A DNA stretch of 64,000 nucleotides from assembly GCA_965218695.1 (NCBI GenBank), contig OZ244651.1, positions 1,120,001 through 1,184,000 on the forward strand. Reading direction: 5' to 3'. Under the pieces are notes generated by a model. That model was not told where the DNA came from. It ran no database searches and worked only from the letters and a program-made list of their open reading frames with translations. Positions 56,912-64,000 of the stretch are shown piece by piece. Source of the stretch: Nitrosopumilus sp. (GTDB lineage: Archaea; Thermoproteota; Nitrososphaeria; Nitrososphaerales; Nitrosopumilaceae). Within the stretch, counting starts at the first letter, position 1. Each line of letters starts with the position of its first letter. The position numbers and the translations under genes are program-made.

Positions 56912-58437
56912 GTAAGTGTTCACGTCGTGCCTAATTCAGTTCACTCTTGGGTAAATTTTGTGCAAACCACAGATCCAAATAGGATGGTAATCCAAACCCG
57001 ATGTGAAAAGCCAGGCTGAACTCAAAAAGATGTACACGGATCTCAAGACTGAGAACATCAAGCTCAAGCAGACGATTGAGATGCAAGGGCAGATAATTGA
57101 GGAATTGAATCTGGCAGTTGCTGATCTTAAGCGCAGGCTGGTGCGGCATGACAATTACAACACCCCGTCATCACAAAAAAGGGGGCCCGGATGGCCTGAC
57201 ACAAAGGGAAAAGGCGACGAAAAGAATGCCTACAATAAATCCACAAAAGCCTCCCGGGATCAAAAGGACCGCGTGGATGCGGCCGGCAGCGGGAAGTCGC
57301 GCGGGGGGCAAAAAGGCCACATGGGCCGCACCCGCAAGCCAAAACCCACCGAGTTTGAGGAACACACCCCGGAGGCCTGCCCCGAATGCGGCTCGGGTAG
57401 CCTTTCCATAGTGCAGTCAGAAAAACGCGACATTACCAGGGTGGAGCGCACGATAAAGGTCATCACCACGCGCCACACCATAAACACGTGTCGCTGCTCC
57501 TGCGGTCTGGTGGACATCAAGCCCGAGACCGGCCTTCCAGACAAGGGCAGCTACGATCCGAGCATAACGACTGATGTTGCAGACGATTACGTGTGTCGCA
57601 TGCCGTTTAGGATGATCGCAGACCGCATGTCGCGGTACGGAATTACACTCTCCTCGGGCACGGCGCACAACATAATGCGCAGGCTGGGAACGTCGCTGGG
57701 CGCCCCTGCGGCAGCCATTGCCGCCATGATACGCAAGGCCAAGATACTGCACGCCGACGAGACATCGATTCACCTAAACGGCCGCAACGTCTGGGTGTGG
57801 ATACTGCACGATCCGCTGACCGGGCACGCGCTGTACGTGATACGGGACAGCCGGGGGGCAAAGGTTCTGAAAGAAGCGCTTGGGGGTTGGGACGGCACGT
57901 TAGTGTGCGACGGCTGGACGGCGTACGGAAAATACCGCGTCCAGCGCTGCTGGTCGCACATAATACGCGAGGCCAGGGACATCTGCAACCGCAATCCGGA
58001 CTGCCCAGGCGCGCGCAACGTCCTGAAGCACCTGCGCATAATCTATGATTATGCCAGAAGGGCAAGCAGGAAACGCTCGCGCTCTCTCCGGGACAACGCG
58101 TCTGCCATGCTGACGTCATGCATCGAAAAGATCGTTGCAAGGTACGCCGACGATCCAATATTGGAAAAATTCATGGTCAAGATCAGCAATGCTGGCAGCG
58201 ACCTGTTCCGGTTCGTGCTGAACCCAAAGATCCCGCCTACAAACAATGCTGCAGAACGCGGGTTGCGCGAGATAGTCGTGCACAGAAAAATACGGGGCAG
58301 CATAAGGGCAGAGGAGACGATGACGTGGATGGCGAATTTCTTTTCATGTGTAATGACATGGAAAAACAAGAAATTGGATTACTTGGCGGAGATTGCAAAA
58401 TACGCCTAAAAATGAGTTAAACCACGTGAACACTTAC
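56912..58437 (+). mobile_element. IS66-family element A, copy 2 (1526 bp)
   Basis: Same TIR and length as 3497-5022, opposite orientation; TSD AAACGTTT (56904-56911, 58438-58445). Confidence 0.95.
57003..58409 (+). CDS. IS66-family transposase, identical to 3525-4931
   Basis: Identical translation in the ORF track. Confidence 0.95.
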   Translation: MKSQAELKKMYTDLKTENIKLKQTIEMQGQIIEELNLAVADLKRRLVRHDNYNTPSSQKRGPGWPDTKGKGDEKNAYNKSTKASRDQKDRVDAAGSGKSRGGQKGHMGRTRKPKPTEFEEHTPEACPECGSGSLSIVQSEKRDITRVERTIKVITTRHTINTCRCSCGLVDIKPETGLPDKGSYDPSITTDVADDYVCRMPFRMIADRMSRYGITLSSGTAHNIMRRLGTSLGAPAAAIAAMIRKAKILHADETSIHLNGRNVWVWILHDPLTGHALYVIRDSRGAKVLKEALGGWDGTLVCDGWTAYGKYRVQRCWSHIIREARDICNRNPDCPGARNVLKHLRIIYDYARRASRKRSRSLRDNASAMLTSCIEKIVARYADDPILEKFMVKISNAGSDLFRFVLNPKIPPTNNAAERGLREIVVHRKIRGSIRAEETMTWMANFFSCVMTWKNKKLDYLAEIAKYA

Positions 58438-59126
58438 AAACGTTTTACCATTTTTGGAGATGGAGATTGATTCAGATGGAATGATGTGGATTTTACCGCC
58501 AACCTTTAATGCCGATGGCAATGGCATAGTTGGATATGGGCGATTTTTGTAACCCTCTAAGATCACACAGAACCCGCGTCAGGGTTCTGCCGCATTTACC
58601 ACCACGCATTTTGCAATTCATTTACTAGACCCAACTGTCCTTGTGGGTGACCATGAAATATTGGGAAAATACGCATAAGATCTATTGGTTGTTTCCACAA
58701 TGGATTGATGTTTACGCTGGCAGCGGGATTAACCGATCCCATTCCATAGATCTTTACACTGAGCTGAAATGCGTACGGCGTGGGAGCATCTTTTTATAGG
58801 GGGTTAATCTAACAATATTAATTCTAATTTGTTCAGATTCTTTCCAGTGCATGTGAAAATTAATTTTTAATTTCTTAATATGTTTCAATATGCCTGAAAC
58901 CATTTTTTGTCCATCCTCATAATCATCCGAACCCAGACGCAATCGTGCCTCGTCTGTGTATTTTATTAATTTTTTTTATTTCTGCGTATCTTTCGTAAAT
59001 AATCTCCCGTCACCTGCCATTCCACAAGATACTCTTTTGCAAGTTCCTGTATCCTTTTGTCTATCGGATTCATGGCATCGCCATGCCGCTGCAATATTAA
59101 TATCCCCCCACACCATTCCACCAGTC

Positions 59127-59255
59127 ATGCCAGTATGCGCTGTATGCGGGGAATCCTGCGAGAATGACATACGCTTCCTCAACCACATGATGGAAAAGCA
59201 CAGCTGGCGCAACCCAAACGTTGGCAAGCCTGACAGGAACAGCCGGGGCTACTAG
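59127..59255 (+). CDS. 42-aa C2H2 zinc-finger microprotein
   Basis: MPVCAVCGESCENDIRFLNHMMEKH (Cx2C-x12-Hx4H); ATATTAATAT about 25 nt upstream. Confidence 0.65.
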   Translation: MPVCAVCGESCENDIRFLNHMMEKHSWRNPNVGKPDRNSRGY

Positions 59256-60679
59256 AGATTCTGCAGATAGTCAAGGATCAGCCTTACGCCAAAGCCGGTC
59301 GCGCCCTTTGGGTTGTACGGCTTCTTCTTGGTGCCTGTCTGCGTCCATGCGACTCCTGCAATATCAATGTGGATCCACGGCGTCTCCTCTATGGCGTTTT
59401 TCAGGAATGCCGCAGCCGTAATGGTGCCTGCGGCCCTCCCAATACCGATATTTTTCATGTCTGCCACATCGGATTTTATCATGTCCATGTAGTCCTGGTT
59501 CAGCGGCAGCTCCCAGACCTCCTCGGACGTCCTCCTGGAGGCCTCCATTATCCTTGCGGCCTCATCTCTGTCGTTTGAGACCATTCCTGCCACGTTGTTT
59601 CCCAGAGCGACAATGCACGCGCCTGTCAGCGTGGCAAAGTCGATGATTGCCCTGGGGTGATAGTGCCGCTCCCCGTAGGAGAGCGCATCTGCAAGAATCA
59701 GCCTCCCTTCTGCATCCGTATTGAGAATCTCTGCTGTCTTTTTGCTGTACAGTTTGATTATGTCCCCGGGCCTGTACGAGTCCCCCCCGGGCATGTTTTC
59801 CACGGCCGGCACTATCCCGACCAGGTTCACCCCGAGTCCAATCTCTGATGCGGCCTTGAGAATTCCCAGCACGGTGCATCCCCCGCACTTGTCAAACTTC
59901 ATCTCGTCCATCTTCTCGCTTGGCTTGATCGAGATTCCGCCGGTGTCAAATGTCACGGCCTTTCCCACCAGGACCGTCGGTCTCTTCCCCTTTGCGCCTC
60001 CGTCATACTCCATGATTATCAGCCTGGGACCGTTGCTGCTCCCCTGCCCCACTGCCGTAATTCCGCCAAACCCCCTCCTCTTGAGTTCGGCCTCTGTAAT
60101 CACCCTGCACTTGATCTTGTTCTTCCTTGAGATCTTTTTTGCCAGGCCGGCCAGCACCGCAGGGGTGCACTCGTTTGGAGGCATGTTGGCAACGTTCCTT
60201 GTAAACACGACCCCGTCTGAAACGATGCCTGCTGTCTTGGCCGCAGGCCCCGCCCCGCTTGGCGCCACCACCGTAAAATCAGGCAGCGCATCGCCCTTTT
60301 CTGACTTGAACCTGTCAAACCTGTACAGCGACATCACGACTCCCTCGACTATGCGGGAAGGTGATGCGTCTCCATCCGGTGAAACTATCGAAAATTCTTT
60401 TACCCCGAGATTTGCCGCCTTTTGCGCAATCCTGCCTGAGACGAACCTGACCGTGTCCTCTGTTGTCTCCTTGCCAAGCCCTGCAAGCAGTATCCTCCGG
60501 TGTTTGGCATTCGGGGAATAGACCACGCATGTCGCCCCCATCTTCCCCTTCATGTCTGCAAGCGCTCGTCTTGCCTCCTGCGGCATCTTGATCTTGTCAA
60601 ATCCAGGTACCTTGTCTCTCCCCTCGTACACAAACCCGCACAGCATCTCTGTCTCTTCTACGGATTCTGCAATCCTCAT
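59252..60679 (-). CDS. pepA: Leucyl aminopeptidase (M17)
   Basis: GKAVTFDTGG, MKFDKCG, NTDAEGRL, ATLTG, HIDIAG. Confidence 0.95.
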   Translation of the reverse strand: MRIAESVEETEMLCGFVYEGRDKVPGFDKIKMPQEARRALADMKGKMGATCVVYSPNAKHRRILLAGLGKETTEDTVRFVSGRIAQKAANLGVKEFSIVSPDGDASPSRIVEGVVMSLYRFDRFKSEKGDALPDFTVVAPSGAGPAAKTAGIVSDGVVFTRNVANMPPNECTPAVLAGLAKKISRKNKIKCRVITEAELKRRGFGGITAVGQGSSNGPRLIIMEYDGGAKGKRPTVLVGKAVTFDTGGISIKPSEKMDEMKFDKCGGCTVLGILKAASEIGLGVNLVGIVPAVENMPGGDSYRPGDIIKLYSKKTAEILNTDAEGRLILADALSYGERHYHPRAIIDFATLTGACIVALGNNVAGMVSNDRDEAARIMEASRRTSEEVWELPLNQDYMDMIKSDVADMKNIGIGRAAGTITAAAFLKNAIEETPWIHIDIAGVAWTQTGTKKKPYNPKGATGFGVRLILDYLQNL

Positions 60680-60740
60680 CAAGACATAATCCCCAAATGC
60701 GCTATTTAGAGCATGCCCCGGCATGCTGCAAACCCTATCC

Positions 60741-60998
60741 CTAGGATCCCATTCCGGGCGTTACCATTCCCCCGTACCCGGGATCGATCTTCTGCCTTGG
60801 ACTCAGCGTGGTGTCGTGGTGACACGCCTTGTTGCACACGGGACAGAACTTTCTGTCCAGAGTGATGCACTGACATATGTGGTTCTTGACGTATGCCTGT
60901 GCGGCCTGGTTCCACTCGCCGGTACCATTACAGTACACGCACATGCCTGATGTAATTCTGCCCGTCCCCCTGCAAAAGTCGCACTTGTCATCTCCCAT
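60741..60998 (-). CDS. Small Cys-rich protein with DnaJ-type CxxCxGxG repeats
   Basis: CDFCRGTG, CVYCNGTG, CPVC. Confidence 0.8.
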   Translation of the reverse strand: MGDDKCDFCRGTGRITSGMCVYCNGTGEWNQAAQAYVKNHICQCITLDRKFCPVCNKACHHDTTLSPRQKIDPGYGGMVTPGMGS

Positions 60999-61043
60999 GA
61001 CACTATCTTCAAACCCGTACGCTTTAAATCATTGTCCCGCATA

Positions 61044-62256
61044 GGGTGTGTCCTAGAGGCATATACCCCCGGATGACAAAAGATATGGATCGGCGGATCA
61101 CGGCATCGCCTAATGACTACAAAGAAACGCGACCAACGACAGTACGATTTGGTTCAGCAGTACCTGTCGGGCCTCATGCTGAATACCGTGCTGGGAATAA
61201 TCAAGAATCTTGGGGATCCGTACGCCGTCAGGCCCGGCCTGGGCGGCATGACGGCATACCCGCCTGGCGCCATGGCAGCTGTCTGCATCATGCTTGAGGC
61301 ACAGCGCACGACCTACCGTAAGATGGTCGGCATCCTCCGAAACAATAGCGCCATGGCAGCCAAGATGGGCCTAGAGAAAATTCCCTCCAAGAGCACGATA
61401 GCACGCGCCTACGGCCTGATCCCGGAATGGTACCTGGCAGAGGCACACCGGATTGCCATCAGGGAGGTGGAGGCAGGCTCCCTGGCAGCAGACGGTACCG
61501 GATACTCGTACCTGCGGTTTGTCAGGTGGTTTGACGTCAGGACCGACAGTTTTCGTACCAGAAAGGGATGGGTCAAACTGCACGCAATCGTGGACATACG
61601 CACCAGGGTGATAATCGACTGCATGGTGACTGACAGCGCAGTGGCAGACATAAACGGGCTGTACGCGATGCTCGGCAGGTTAGGCCGGGGCACCGGCGAC
61701 TTTTGCCTGGATTCTGCATACCTGGCAAGGCTCATGTGCAACATGATATCTGCGATGGGAATGGTGCCCCGCATCAAGCCAAAATCCAACACCATACGCA
61801 ACGCCAGGGGAAGTCAGTCGTGGCGCGAGATGGTAAGCCTGTACATGGATGACAAGGACAGGTTTGATTCGCAGTACCACCAGCGCAGCATCATCGAGGC
61901 AGTCTTTGCAGCCCTCAAGAAGATGTACGGGGACAGCACCAGGTGCCGAAAACACGAGAACCGGACAAGGGAGACTGCGATCCGTGTCATGTGCTACAAC
62001 GTCGAGCTCGTGGCCAGATTGCAGGCAAAAGACGGCAGGCTCACACAGGATCAAATCGCGACACTTGCAGCGTAACCGGCGCGTCTTGACACGCGCCTCC
62101 TAGCGGAGCCTCCGCACCGTGTCTTGGATTTGGGGGATTTTATGGGTTGTGAAAGATTGACGGTGCGGCACTGTTGGCGTCGACGGGTTCTGGCACCAAT
62201 CATGTCTTTGGCATCTTGGCACATGAAATGGCATTTTTTATTACTAGGACACACCC
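61044..62256 (+). mobile_element. IS5-family element A, copy 3 (1213 bp)
   Basis: TIR GGGTGTGTCCTAG; 9-bp TSD TCCCGCATA (61035-61043, 62257-62265). Confidence 0.95.
61113..62075 (+). CDS. IS5-family transposase, element A copy 3
   Basis: Near-identical to 5787-6749. Confidence 0.92.
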   Translation: MTTKKRDQRQYDLVQQYLSGLMLNTVLGIIKNLGDPYAVRPGLGGMTAYPPGAMAAVCIMLEAQRTTYRKMVGILRNNSAMAAKMGLEKIPSKSTIARAYGLIPEWYLAEAHRIAIREVEAGSLAADGTGYSYLRFVRWFDVRTDSFRTRKGWVKLHAIVDIRTRVIIDCMVTDSAVADINGLYAMLGRLGRGTGDFCLDSAYLARLMCNMISAMGMVPRIKPKSNTIRNARGSQSWREMVSLYMDDKDRFDSQYHQRSIIEAVFAALKKMYGDSTRCRKHENRTRETAIRVMCYNVELVARLQAKDGRLTQDQIATLAA

Positions 62257-62355
62257 TCCCGCATAACTCCATGACATGCATGTCTGCCCAATCCGGCACC
62301 ACACTATTTATCCTACGGAAGTAGATTTTTATTCAATTTGTCAAGACACGATACG

Positions 62356-64000
62356 ATGGGGCTTAACTATTATCAGATAAAGAGGAACGTGCTTCGGGCC
62401 CGCAAGCTGGTGATACGGGCAACAGGCCTTGCAGGCTCCGGGCATCCGGGTGGCTCGTTTTCCATGGCAGAGATCCTTGGCTGCCTGTTCTACAAGCACC
62501 TGAGGTTTGATCCAAGCAATCCTGAATGGGAGGACCGGGACAGACTAGTACTCTCAAAGGGGCATGCGGCCCCCGGGCTCTTTGCAAACATGGCAGTTGC
62601 AGGATACATCCCAGAGTCGGAGCTTGACACGCTGAGAGAGTTTGGCAGCAGGCTCCAGGGGCATCCCGACCTCAAATGCCCCGGGGTGGAGTTCTGCGGA
62701 GGCTCCCTTGGAACGGGACTCTCCTACTCTGTTGGCGTGGCACTTGCAGCCAAGATAGACTCCAAGGGGCATCATGTCTACACCATAATCGGCGACGGGG
62801 AGTCTGACGAGGGCCAGATATGGGAGGCTGCAATGACTGCTGCAAAGTACAAGACTGACAACCTCACGGTGTTCCTTGACAGGAACTTTATCCAGCAGGA
62901 CTCCTACACCGAAAAGGTGATGCCGCTTGACAGGCATCTTGCAGGCGACGACCCCTCCGAGATGTGGAAGGACTCATCCCGCTGGAGGACCGGCGACAAG
63001 TGGCGCTCCTTCGGGTGGAACGTAATAGAGATAGACGGACACAGAATCGAGCAGGTTGATGCGGCCATCACGCAGGCATACGCAACCAGAGGCGTCCCGA
63101 CAATAATAATATCCCGCACAATAAAGGGCAAGTCAGTCGAGCACATGGAGGACAATCCGCAGTGGCACGGCAAGGCTCCTGCACCTGACACCATCCCAAT
63201 GATCAACCAGGAGCTGGACTCGCAGTTCATGATAGCCCCCTCCATAATTGCAGGGGACATGAACGACCTGCCCGGCGAGGTGGAGCGGTGCGTCTCGGGA
63301 AGGGCAGACTATATCCACCTTGACGTCATGGACGGAAAGTTTGTCCCCAACCGCACCTTTGACCACACCGCCATACGGGACCTCAGGCCCCTTACAGTAA
63401 TCCCCTTTGACACCCATCTCATGATAAACGACCCGGAACTGCACGTCCCTGACTACATCCGTGCAGGCAGCGACATCATCACGGTCCATGCCGAGGTGAC
63501 TGACAGGGACTCCTTTGGCAGAATATGCGACACCCTCAGGCAGAGCATGGTTGGCGTGGGCCTTGCAATCAACCCTGACACGGAGCTTCCAGAGTGGTCC
63601 TACCCATTCCTGCCCATAATCGACCAGCTCATAGTGATGTCTGTAGTTCCCGGAAGGTCAGGCCAGAAGTACATTGAGGAGACGCATGACAAGATGGCCC
63701 GCCTGGTCCCCCTCCTGCAGAGTAACGGCTTTGCAGGATACATTGAGGCCGACGGCGGCATCAACCAGGACAACATAGGCTCCGCGTTTGCCGACGGCGC
63801 CCGCGCCTTTGTCGGGGGAGGAGCCATCATAGGCAGGTCCGACGTGCCGGAGGCGATCCGGGAGTTCCGGGACAGAACCGTCGAGTCTAAAAGGAGGATC
63901 CTTCTTGCAAGGGCCCACTCCCTCGGGGGTGCAGACCTTGTCCGCAAGTGGATCGACCTGCACGTGGTGGGCTTAAAAAAAGAGCAGATAGAGGCACTGG
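62356..64000 (+). CDS. Transketolase N-terminal (TPP-binding) domain fused to ribulose-phosphate 3-epimerase; runs off the window end
   Basis: Absent from the ORF track (no stop). Manual translation: SGHPGG, LSKGH, LQGHP, GSLG, GDGESDEG, then IAPSI, IHLDVMDGKFVPN, DTHLM, MSVVPG, ADGGI. Confidence 0.93.
   Translation, partial: MGLNYYQIKRNVLRARKLVIRATGLAGSGHPGGSFSMAEILGCLFYKHLRFDPSNPEWEDRDRLVLSKGHAAPGLFANMAVAGYIPESELDTLREFGSRLQGHPDLKCPGVEFCGGSLGTGLSYSVGVALAAKIDSKGHHVYTIIGDGESDEGQIWEAAMTAAKYKTDNLTVFLDRNFIQQDSYTEKVMPLDRHLAGDDPSEMWKDSSRWRTGDKWRSFGWNVIEIDGHRIEQVDAAITQAYATRGVPTIIISRTIKGKSVEHMEDNPQWHGKAPAPDTIPMINQELDSQFMIAPSIIAGDMNDLPGEVERCVSGRADYIHLDVMDGKFVPNRTFDHTAIRDLRPLTVIPFDTHLMINDPELHVPDYIRAGSDIITVHAEVTDRDSFGRICDTLRQSMVGVGLAINPDTELPEWSYPFLPIIDQLIVMSVVPGRSGQKYIEETHDKMARLVPLLQSNGFAGYIEADGGINQDNIGSAFADGARAFVGGGAIIGRSDVPEAIREFRDRTVESKRRILLARAHSLGGADLVRKWIDLHVVGLKKEQIEAL

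Larger units (their letters stand above)
55314..58552 (+). pseudogene. Tat-exported Rieske [2Fe-2S] protein split by IS630 and IS66
   Basis: SRRDFLK signal; CLHLWC and CPCHGS; three pieces (55314-55619, 56722-56911, 58446-58552) rejoin in frame. Confidence 0.92.

Noticed and set aside
58576-58585. GCGTCAGGGT match to 5S rRNA as an attachment site for the AT-rich Rieske region
   Set aside because: Only 10 bp, matches the 5' part of 5S rather than its 3' end, and no integrase is present
62356-64000. Transketolase-rpe fusion as a novelty
   Set aside because: As far as I recall this fusion is the usual arrangement in Nitrosopumilus-type genomes

Overview
Chromosomal segment of an ammonia-oxidising archaeon (Nitrosopumilaceae-type gene content and order), relatively GC-rich and very IS-rich, which would fit a host-associated lineage (inference). 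Core content: acetyl/propionyl-CoA carboxylase genes, 11-subunit complex I operon (nuoABCDHIJKMLN), polyprenyl synthase, tRNA-Glu with a non-canonical T-loop intron, tRNA(CAT), divergent urease cluster ureDGFE/ureABC, Fur/Dps pair, TPR genes, ABCE1, 5S rRNA, pepA and a transketolase-rpe fusion. About a quarter of the window (~16.4 kb by my boundaries) is mobile DNA: 13 IS copies or fragments (IS66, IS5, IS481, ISH3-like, IS630), most with readable TIRs and target duplications, plus a 92-bp MITE. Insertions split an MNT-HEPN pair, a Rieske gene and a TPR gene; a urea transporter-USP gene is 5'-truncated. Best candidates for something new: (i) intergenic insertions of several IS families land 4-10 bp upstream of TATA-like boxes; (ii) an IS5 element has a ~180-nt highly structured 3' tail with a 15-nt hypervariable segment; (iii) IS66 targets are often perfect palindromes; (iv) an RNase HII/HIII hybrid protein. 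All family assignments come from motif recognition by eye, not database searches.
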